A stretch of DNA of 29,669 nucleotides, from positions 1 through 29,669 of the forward strand of contig CAZEUQ010000001.1 in the NCBI GenBank assembly GCA_964515125.1, read 5' to 3'. The stretch comes from an uncultured Candidatus Peribacteria bacterium (GTDB lineage Bacteria > Patescibacteriota > Gracilibacteria > Peribacterales > Peribacteraceae). This document shows, piece after piece, positions 22,630 through 29,669 of this stretch. The notes below the pieces were generated by a model. It did no database searches. It worked only from the letters and a program-made list of their open reading frames with translations, and was not told the origin of the DNA. The translations under genes and the position numbers were made by a program. The first letter of the stretch is position 1; every line of letters begins with the position of its first letter.

Positions 22630-25497
22630 ATGACCTCTCTGACCATCAAACGATTAAGCATGGCCCTTTTCGGCCTCATGCTCGTATGGGGAATCTTTAC
22701 CTTTATTGTCTATCTTGGCGTTCCTGTGCACGGGCTTGTCTACCTTACCGATGCCCAGAATCAGGCGGTGAATGCGGCCTGCACAGGAGATCCTGCAACA
22801 ATCGGTACCCAGTTTTGCCGCGGCATGGAACTTATCTTCCCGTTTCTTGGCAGGCTCGTTGCAACATCTCGACCCATCTGGGGATACATTGTCATTTCCC
22901 TTCTTGCGTACGGCGTCTTTTTGATGGGGCGCGCATTCAAGACAGGACGCTTCGTCATTGAAACAGTCATCACGCCGCTTCACCTGATCGGCGGATTCAT
23001 TCTTTCCGTCTGGCTTTTTGGAACGGTGCTTTCCTTTGGCTCTCTCATGCGTGGTGACGGGGGAGATCGTACTCCTTTCCGACAATTCTATGAACCAACG
23101 CAGGCTGTATACAGTGGTGTAGGGCCAGAAGCTCTCAAGGAGCTGCAAGAGAACTATCAGTCATTGCTTGAACGCGGTTGTTTGAGCGAATTTGCGATGA
23201 CGAATAATGGAGCAAAGGTGTATCACTTGAGTCCACTCTGCATTCAGCAGGCAATGTTTGTGCGCATCGGTGCACAGATTTTCCTTCTTGCAGTGCTCCT
23301 CCTCAACTTCCTTATTGCAGGCAGACTTTTCCTAAAGCTTATCAATCGGAAACAGGCAGCATTGTCACCCCTCCTGGAGTTTGTGTTCAGCATGGGCTTG
23401 GGTTCGTTTGCATGGGTCGTGCTCCTTTGGCTTCTTGCGGCGCTGGGGTTGCTTCGTGGATCCATCGAACTTGCTTTCTTCTTTGGCATTCCTCTTCTGG
23501 CATTCAAAGAAACATTCTATTGGCTGAAGAGCAGTGTGAACCGCAAGATTTCTGTCGATGAATCCACAGGTCACATCATGTGGCTCCTTGTATGGTTGCT
23601 CATCAGCTATCTTGCGCTCAATTTCCTCAACGTGATTCGTCCCTTTCCTATTGGATGGGATGATCTTGGAAGTTACTTAAACCGCCCGCGTCTTCTTGCA
23701 AGTTATGGCTCGTTCATTCCTTCCATGCCCACGTTCCAGTGGGAGTACCTTGCCGCCATGGCGTACTCCCTCTTTGGCATCGACAGTATCATTGGCTCTA
23801 CCTTCGCCATGATCATCAACTGGTCTGCGGGGCTCCTCTCGGTCATTGCTGCCTATACATTTGGTCGTGTGTTCTTTGGGCCCAAAGGAGGCATTCTTGC
23901 CGCTATTTTGTATTACTTCCTGCCCATGACAGGGCACTTCTCATTTGCGGACATGAAGATCGACAATGCATCCTTCTTCACGTCTGCCTTGAGTGCACTT
24001 GCCATCTTTGTGTACCTCTTTGGTGCGCCGGGATTAGAGAGCGAACATTCGCCAAAGGGAAAGAAATCACTCCTTCTCCTTGCGGGACTTATCGCAGGAT
24101 TCTCCTTTGCCATTAAACCGACGGGCGTTCTGATGATCCTTCTTCTTTCCTCTGTCCTTGCGGGGAGCACACTTGGCGTGTGGGGATTTTTGACCGTTAC
24201 AGCGGCATCCTTTGTCGTTATGGCGAAATTTACGCCCTTTAGCATCGTGGAAATTGCGGCAAAAATCGGTATTCCTCTTACCGCAGATCCGGCACTTGTG
24301 CGCACCGTCACCATCGGTGTTTTCGCCGCCATTGCATTGCTCTTTTGCGCCCTTACTCTTCGTCATCACAGGATGCAGTGGAAATCGGTTACCATGTCCA
24401 TCCTCCTCTTTGGTGCGGGCATGGCTCTCTCCGCAGCACCGTGGATGGCTCATAACGCCTGGAGCCATGGCTATCTCCAGGTTTCTTCCTTGTTGAGCTA
24501 CAAAAACACTCTCTCTCCGTACATGAGCTTCTTGCAAAAAGAGGATGTGCCACCCCATCTCGGTCTTCCTGAAAACAAGATCCATTACTTGCCGCCGGAA
24601 CTGAAGCTCAATCCGGAAGACCCTGCCTGCAAGACATCGGCAAAAGTGGAAGAGCTAGATCGTTACTGGGGTTTTGGAACGGGTTGGTCGCACTATCTCA
24701 CATTGCCATGGAGAGCCGTGATGAACAGCGATGCGGTGGGCTATTACGTCACGCTCATGCCGGGGCTTCTGCTTCTTCCGCTCCTGCTCCTCCTTCCTTA
24801 CTTCTGGATTAAGGAAGGAAGGTGGCTTCGCTTCCTTTTCGCAGGCTCTATCGTCTTCCTCATTCAGTGGATGTTCGTTGCAAACGGTGTGATGTGGTAT
24901 GGACTTGGGATGTTCCTGGGATTCTCCCTCGCGCTCGAAGCGCTGGTACGACGTGCGCCTGATCCGCCAAACCGCATTCTTGCAAGCACTCTGATCGGAC
25001 TTTCTATTCTTATCTGTCTCATGAATCGCATGTGGCAGTTTGATGTGCAGAAAAATTTGTTTGAGTACCCGCTTGGCAAAGTCAGTGCAAGCGGCATCCG
25101 CGAAGTGACCATTCCTTTGTACGACAACATACGAGATAGCGTCGTGTCTCGTCATGAATCGATGAACGATCGTCCGTACACGTATCGTATCGGAACGTTC
25201 ATCTCGTACTTCATTCCGAAGAATGCAGAAATCTTCCCACTTGCAGATCATCAGCTTCAGTTCTTCAACTGTATGAATCAGGAAAGGAACCACGCGCTCA
25301 CCCTCAAGCGTCTTCAGGCTCTTGGTTTCAACAGCATCATCTTCGATACGAACACGGCGACCATCGAAAAAGATCCAAATGGATCGCTCCACAAAAAAGT
25401 GCAGGCGTTCCTGGATTTTGCGAATGATCCCACAACAGGTGTCAAACCTGTTTATAGTGAACCAGAGCTTGGCATCGCTTACATGTTGCTTCCATAA
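22630..25497 (+). CDS. Large polytopic membrane protein, putative GT-C fold (ArnT/PMT-like) glycosyltransferase
   Basis: More than 15 hydrophobic segments, an acidic GWDDLGSY loop after a TM, MKIDN and FAIKPTG motifs, and a soluble C-terminal domain, all typical of lipid-carrier-dependent GTs; family not confirmed by HMM. Confidence 0.6.
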   Translation: MTSLTIKRLSMALFGLMLVWGIFTFIVYLGVPVHGLVYLTDAQNQAVNAACTGDPATIGTQFCRGMELIFPFLGRLVATSRPIWGYIVISLLAYGVFLMGRAFKTGRFVIETVITPLHLIGGFILSVWLFGTVLSFGSLMRGDGGDRTPFRQFYEPTQAVYSGVGPEALKELQENYQSLLERGCLSEFAMTNNGAKVYHLSPLCIQQAMFVRIGAQIFLLAVLLLNFLIAGRLFLKLINRKQAALSPLLEFVFSMGLGSFAWVVLLWLLAALGLLRGSIELAFFFGIPLLAFKETFYWLKSSVNRKISVDESTGHIMWLLVWLLISYLALNFLNVIRPFPIGWDDLGSYLNRPRLLASYGSFIPSMPTFQWEYLAAMAYSLFGIDSIIGSTFAMIINWSAGLLSVIAAYTFGRVFFGPKGGILAAILYYFLPMTGHFSFADMKIDNASFFTSALSALAIFVYLFGAPGLESEHSPKGKKSLLLLAGLIAGFSFAIKPTGVLMILLLSSVLAGSTLGVWGFLTVTAASFVVMAKFTPFSIVEIAAKIGIPLTADPALVRTVTIGVFAAIALLFCALTLRHHRMQWKSVTMSILLFGAGMALSAAPWMAHNAWSHGYLQVSSLLSYKNTLSPYMSFLQKEDVPPHLGLPENKIHYLPPELKLNPEDPACKTSAKVEELDRYWGFGTGWSHYLTLPWRAVMNSDAVGYYVTLMPGLLLLPLLLLLPYFWIKEGRWLRFLFAGSIVFLIQWMFVANGVMWYGLGMFLGFSLALEALVRRAPDPPNRILASTLIGLSILICLMNRMWQFDVQKNLFEYPLGKVSASGIREVTIPLYDNIRDSVVSRHESMNDRPYTYRIGTFISYFIPKNAEIFPLADHQLQFFNCMNQERNHALTLKRLQALGFNSIIFDTNTATIEKDPNGSLHKKVQAFLDFANDPTTGVKPVYSEPELGIAYMLLP

Positions 25498-25499
25498 CC

Positions 25500-26168
25500 A
25501 TGCGCCTTGCCGCTGTCATCCCTGCCTATAACGAACAGGACAGAATTGCGCCTGTCATTGATGCAGTCAAGATCTATACCGATGCTGTCATTCTCGTGGA
25601 TGACGGTTCGCAGGACCGCACGGCACAAATTGCGCGCGATCACGGTGTCATTGTCTTCACACACCGAGAGAATTGCGGAGCAGGAGCTGCCACCATGACG
25701 GGATTAGAAGCAGCGCGGAGTATGCAGTTCGATGCCGTTGTGACGATTGATGCAGACGGACAACACAATCCCGCCGATATTCCCCGCCTCATCGAGGCAC
25801 TAGACCATGAACATGCCGATCTGGTGATTGCAAATCGTTTTGGGCAAAAAAATTCCATTCCGATCGTTCGTCGACTCTTCAATGCCATCGGCAACATGGT
25901 TACGTTTGCCGCAACGGGTATGTATCTTTCGGACAGTCAGTGTGGTTTTAAACTGTTTGGGCCAAAGGCCCTTAAGGAAGTTGATTTGCGGATGTCTGGG
26001 TTCGAGTTTTGTACCGAAATTGTCCGCGAAGCTGTGCAAAACAAATGGAAGATCGCATCAGTCCCCACAAAAGTGGTATATTCTGAATACACGCTGGCGA
26101 AAGGACAGTCCTTTGCAAACGGCGTGCGCACTGCCGCAAAAATTCTTCTACGTTCTTTCCTCCGGTGA
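25500..26168 (+). CDS. GT2, DPM1-like polyprenyl-phosphate glycosyltransferase
   Basis: IPAYNE, VDDGSQD, N.GAGAA..TG, DADGQH, SDSQCGFK. Confidence 0.93.
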   Translation: MRLAAVIPAYNEQDRIAPVIDAVKIYTDAVILVDDGSQDRTAQIARDHGVIVFTHRENCGAGAATMTGLEAARSMQFDAVVTIDADGQHNPADIPRLIEALDHEHADLVIANRFGQKNSIPIVRRLFNAIGNMVTFAATGMYLSDSQCGFKLFGPKALKEVDLRMSGFEFCTEIVREAVQNKWKIASVPTKVVYSEYTLAKGQSFANGVRTAAKILLRSFLR

Positions 26169-26497
26169 CCATCACTCCGTACCAAATCATCGTGCCATGT
26201 ATCTCACTCTTCCTCGTCTTGTATGCGTGGAGTCTTGTTATGCGCCAGAAGAAGACGATTTGGGAAGGCTGCCTCTGGACCTTCTTTTGGGGTGTTATTG
26301 CTTACCTTGCGGTGTACCCGGATAGCGTGCAGTTCTTAAGTCGCATTACAGGAATCCGCCGCAACGAAACGGCTATTTCTGTGACAGCCATCGGTGTCCT
26401 GTTCTTCATTGTGTTCTACCTCATTATTCGCATCGAGGAATTGCATCAAAGAATTACAAAGTTGACGAGGGAGGATGCCTTGAAAGATCTTACGTAA
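26165..26497 (+). CDS. DUF2304-family small membrane protein
   Basis: W..FW..I...AV.P.....LSRITGI.R, then I.VLFFIVFYL..RI..L.QRITKL.RE.AL; GTGA overlap with the GT2 gene. Confidence 0.8.
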   Translation: MTITPYQIIVPCISLFLVLYAWSLVMRQKKTIWEGCLWTFFWGVIAYLAVYPDSVQFLSRITGIRRNETAISVTAIGVLFFIVFYLIIRIEELHQRITKLTREDALKDLT

Positions 26498-26523
26498 GGA
26501 GACACGCGCTACCATCATTTCTC

Positions 26524-27678
26524 ATGGATCACCTCACACAATCCTTTCCAGCAACCCTGCAAACAGGGAAGAAGATTCTTCTCGTAAGCCCCTATTGGCT
26601 GGAAGACCATCGCTGGATGATCAGTTCCGTGAAATTAAGCGAGCTCTGGCAACGCATGGGGTACAGCGTCACGGTTGTCTGCATGGGGTCAAAAAACCAT
26701 ATCGAAAAAATCTCGGATACTCTCACGGTTCACTTCCGAAAAGATATTTTCCTTCCAGACCCGTTTAACTATGGTATTGCGTTTGGATTTTCCCGTTACG
26801 TCGCAGCGGTTGCGGATGATATGAAGCCCGATCTCGTCATCGTCAACAAAGTGCTCTTCTGGTCCTCGCTTGCCATCTTCCGTTTGAAAAGGAAGGGATA
26901 TTCCGCGCTACTCATTACGGATGCTCTCGTGGGAATAACCTGGAAGCCGCGCCATTGGTACTCCAAAATTATTATGGCATGTGGTGCATGGACGGTAGGG
27001 CGCATGGTCTTACACGCAGCATCGCGCATTGTGTTCTTCCATCCGCAACCATCCGATGTACTTCAAAAGCTGAAGATCGATCAACAATCGACAGTGATTC
27101 CGACTGGCATTGATCCGTCACTGTTCCATGCAGATCAATCTATGATCGATCAAGCCATTCACATAACGTATGTGGGGCGCTTGGAATCTGTCAAAGGGGT
27201 GGATGATTTTTTAGAAGCAGCACAATGCATCAAAGAAAAATATCCCGAAATCGTCATTCAAGTCGTAGGGTGGTACAAAGATCGTCACGATCTTGTCGCG
27301 AAGTACGAATCATCCGTGATTTTTACGGGGCTTTCGAACGACATCCCCGGGATCCTTCGTGGAACCGATATTTTTGTGCTTCCAAGTCACTCGGAAGGCC
27401 TCAGTAATGCGCTGATGGAAGCTATGGCGAGCGGATGTGCGTGCATCGCAACGAACGTAGGAGGCAATGCTTTTTTGATCGAACACGAAAAGTCCGGCTT
27501 ACTCTTCACGCCGGGGGATCGCAAGGTCCTTCAGATGCATATGGAAACATTGATCGATGATGGCGCATATCGATTATGGCTTGGAACTGCGGCACGACAT
27601 AGGATCGAGGAACAATTTTCCTGGGAGATCGTCAGCAAGCAGTACCGGAATATTTTTGAGAAAATGATGGATCGTTAG
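26524..27678 (+). CDS. GT4 family glycosyltransferase
   Basis: IPTGID, YVGRLESVKGVD, DIFVLPSHSEGLSNALMEAMASG. Confidence 0.93.
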   Translation: MDHLTQSFPATLQTGKKILLVSPYWLEDHRWMISSVKLSELWQRMGYSVTVVCMGSKNHIEKISDTLTVHFRKDIFLPDPFNYGIAFGFSRYVAAVADDMKPDLVIVNKVLFWSSLAIFRLKRKGYSALLITDALVGITWKPRHWYSKIIMACGAWTVGRMVLHAASRIVFFHPQPSDVLQKLKIDQQSTVIPTGIDPSLFHADQSMIDQAIHITYVGRLESVKGVDDFLEAAQCIKEKYPEIVIQVVGWYKDRHDLVAKYESSVIFTGLSNDIPGILRGTDIFVLPSHSEGLSNALMEAMASGCACIATNVGGNAFLIEHEKSGLLFTPGDRKVLQMHMETLIDDGAYRLWLGTAARHRIEEQFSWEIVSKQYRNIFEKMMDR

Positions 27679-27696
27679 CTCATCATCAGCTAACGA
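27672..27696. terminator. Hairpin at the 3' end of the first GT4 gene (possible terminator or processing site)
   Basis: TCGTTAGCT-catcatc-AGCTAACGA, a 9-bp perfect stem with no immediate U-tract. Confidence 0.4.
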
Positions 27697-27778
27697 CCGG
27701 AAGAAATGAATTTTTTTTGATCATCTTTTTCAAATGGATCAATCTATCATTTCTCTGGAGCAGGTTATACTTTCTCTG

Positions 27779-28846
27779 ATGAAGAAAAAAATTGTGCTCA
27801 TCTCCGCATTCCTGCGTCCTCTGCGAAGCGGTGCGGAAGCCATGGTGGAAGAAGTATCCGTCAGGTTGCATGATCACTACACCATCGTCATTGTAACAGC
27901 GCGCATGCAGCGCAAGCTTCCGAAAGAAGATTTGCTCGATGGAGTAGTGCGTGTTCGACGCGTGGGAGTCGGAATATTTTTCATTGATAAGTGGCTGTTT
28001 CCCATCTTTGCATTCTTTGCTGTGCGTCGGGAAAAGCCGGATCTCATCCATGCCGTTCTTGAGTCATTTGCAGGCTTCACACTCACCTTGTGCAAGCTCT
28101 TCTTGCGCAAGCCAAAACGTCTTCTTACGTTGCAAAGCACCAACACGAAGCTTTTTCTGCGTTCCATTCATCGCAGCGCGCACGCCATTACGGGTATCAG
28201 CTCCGTTCTTCTGCTTCGCGCACGTCAGTTTGGTCGCGATGACGTGATCTACATTCCAAATGGCATTGACCTTCCTGCTCTGCAAGCGTCATGCACGCGG
28301 TTCCAGCGCGTTCGAGGGCGCATCCTTTTCGTTGGGCGCTTAGAACATGTGAAGGGGGTCGATACACTCCTCCTCGCATTTTCGGAACTGACTGATACAA
28401 CCCTCACCCTGACCATCGTAGGGGATGGAAGCGAACGTGATGCACTGCAGAAGCAGGCACAGCAACTGCGGATTGCAGATCGCACGGAATTCCTCGGTAA
28501 GCTCACGCCGCTCAAGGTCTACGACCAGTACGCAAGTGCAGAAATATTCGTAGGGCTTTCCCGCAGTGAGGCACTGGGCAATGTCTTTTTAGAGGCACAG
28601 GCAGCAGGATGTGCTGTGGTCGCCTCCAATGTGGGCGGTATCCCGGAGATTGTGAAAGATCAGGTCACAGGGATTCTCGTTCCACCGGAAGATCCGGATA
28701 TGGCCGCACAGGCGATCCATCAACTCCTCACAAATGTACCGCTTCGAACATCCCTTACTGCGGCTGCGCAGGAGCATGTGAAGGTATTTGATTGGCGGCT
28801 CATCGCAGAGCGATATAAGAAGGTTTATGAGGGGTTGATTGGTTGA
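27779..28846 (+). CDS. GT4 family glycosyltransferase
   Basis: SGAE, IPNGID, FVGRLEHVKGVD, SRSEALGNVFLEAQAAG; ATG 7 nt after TATACT (27766-27771). Confidence 0.93.
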   Translation: MKKKIVLISAFLRPLRSGAEAMVEEVSVRLHDHYTIVIVTARMQRKLPKEDLLDGVVRVRRVGVGIFFIDKWLFPIFAFFAVRREKPDLIHAVLESFAGFTLTLCKLFLRKPKRLLTLQSTNTKLFLRSIHRSAHAITGISSVLLLRARQFGRDDVIYIPNGIDLPALQASCTRFQRVRGRILFVGRLEHVKGVDTLLLAFSELTDTTLTLTIVGDGSERDALQKQAQQLRIADRTEFLGKLTPLKVYDQYASAEIFVGLSRSEALGNVFLEAQAAGCAVVASNVGGIPEIVKDQVTGILVPPEDPDMAAQAIHQLLTNVPLRTSLTAAAQEHVKVFDWRLIAERYKKVYEGLIG

Positions 28847-28937
28847 TTGGCTTGAGAGTTGACTGGTTCATTGTCCACATCGCCGGTTTATCGTAAAAGA
28901 GATCACTAAAAACGAATCAACGAATCAACCAACAACC
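28833..28937. repeat. Inverted octamer array (GGTTGATT / AACGAATC type) between convergent genes
   Basis: ggttgatt-ggttgatt-ggcttgag-agttgact-ggttcatt ... aacgaatc-aacgaatc-aaccaac-aacc. Confidence 0.8.
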
Positions 28938-28942
28938 TTTAT

Positions 28943-29668
28943 CTATCCTTCCACCAATCCTCGTATTCTTTCTACGCACACATCCAGCTCATCATTCACG
29001 ACAAAATGATCAAACAACTGGGGATGTTCATCGAATGCTGCCAGATCTGTTTTTGCGACTTCTATACGTTCTCGGATCTGCGCTTCTGTATCGCGTCCAC
29101 GGGAACGCAGTCTGTGGAGCAGAGAAGAGAGCATTCTGCGACGACTGTTTCCGGGAGGCAAGAGACCGCAACTCAAAATGGCTCGGCGCCCAAGGTGTTT
29201 CTCTAATCCCTTGAGGAGGTGAATATCGGTAACGACAATCGGGAGCTTCCCTGCGTTCCACATCGCCTCGATATCACTCTTCAAATAGCCATATCTCCTG
29301 TCTTCCGTTGAGGAGGTCATGGTTGTGGAGGCGATCATTGCGCCGGATGCCAATAATGCATCAAACTTTTTTGGTGTGCAGTAACGGTATGGATCCTTCT
29401 CCCCAATTTTGGGTTTGCGGGTGGTGTGAATGGGGACTTGTTCCGCGTAGGAAGAAAAAAGAGGGAGGAGCGTACGAGTAATGGTCGTTTTTCCGACACC
29501 AGAAGGTCCTGTGAGAGACAACACATAGCGTTGGATTTTTATCTGTGGCTCACGTGCAGGGGTCGTTACTCGATATTTTCGGTCGTACACCATCAGCCCG
29601 TTTTCGAGCGAGCGGATCTTCCGTATGCAAGGCGAAACCTGCGCACCGATGGTCGGCGTCAGTCCATC
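28943..29668 (-). CDS. gmk: Guanylate kinase domain protein; frame stays open to the right edge (possible N-terminal extension or fusion)
   Basis: LTGPSGVGKTT, HTTRKP..GE, YGY, L.SRGRD....I..R and VVNDELD. The frame upstream of ATG 29593 has no stop up to 29668. Confidence 0.85.
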   Translation of the reverse strand, partial: DGLTPTIGAQVSPCIRKIRSLENGLMVYDRKYRVTTPAREPQIKIQRYVLSLTGPSGVGKTTITRTLLPLFSSYAEQVPIHTTRKPKIGEKDPYRYCTPKKFDALLASGAMIASTTMTSSTEDRRYGYLKSDIEAMWNAGKLPIVVTDIHLLKGLEKHLGRRAILSCGLLPPGNSRRRMLSSLLHRLRSRGRDTEAQIRERIEVAKTDLAAFDEHPQLFDHFVVNDELDVCVERIRGLVEG

Positions 29669-29669
29669 T

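Noticed and set aside
2542-26168. Genetic code 25 (TGA = Gly, as in Gracilibacteria and Absconditabacteria)
   Set aside because: yebC, pheT, pduO and the GT2 gene end at TGA at family-typical lengths, and long genes are uninterrupted under code 11.
2431-28937. Periodic repeats as a CRISPR array
   Set aside because: The units are 7-8 nt and degenerate, with no identical 23-50-nt repeats separated by unique spacers, and there are no cas genes.

Overview
A housekeeping region of roughly 50% GC by spot counts, from a bacterium that looks CPR/Patescibacteria-like. Candidatus Peribacteria/Peregrinibacteria is my inference from the 16S helix pattern, gene content and use of TGA as a stop; no database search was run. 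The window holds the 5' ~856 nt of a 16S rRNA gene with its promoter, tRNA-Ser(GGA), tRNA-Thr(GGT) and about 31 CDSs. These include rpsF-rpsR, yebC, a class A PBP, a VirB2-like pilin, a TPR protein, ftsX-recO, a VanW-family protein, RNase HI, a DUF1858/A-type Fe-S carrier fusion, ctpA, ndk, an M16 peptidase, rpmH (missing from the ORF track), pduO, pheT, rpmB, an M50 protease, sufS-sufU, a five-gene glycosylation cluster and gmk. I found no transposase, integrase, phage gene or CRISPR array. The main signals lie between the genes. (1) About a dozen loci carry degenerate micro-repeat arrays with a 7- or 8-nt period, mostly as inverted pairs of about 4 units. Loci use different core units but share the architecture; they usually start at a stop codon, often overlap the next promoter, and have entered sufS in frame. 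(2) Twelve genes have a TAnnnT -10 box exactly 6-7 nt before the start codon, and five more at 8-9 nt, suggesting pervasive leaderless translation. Many starts are preceded by C/T-rich, anti-SD-like sequence rather than an SD. Several start codons were therefore moved downstream of the ORF-track starts.
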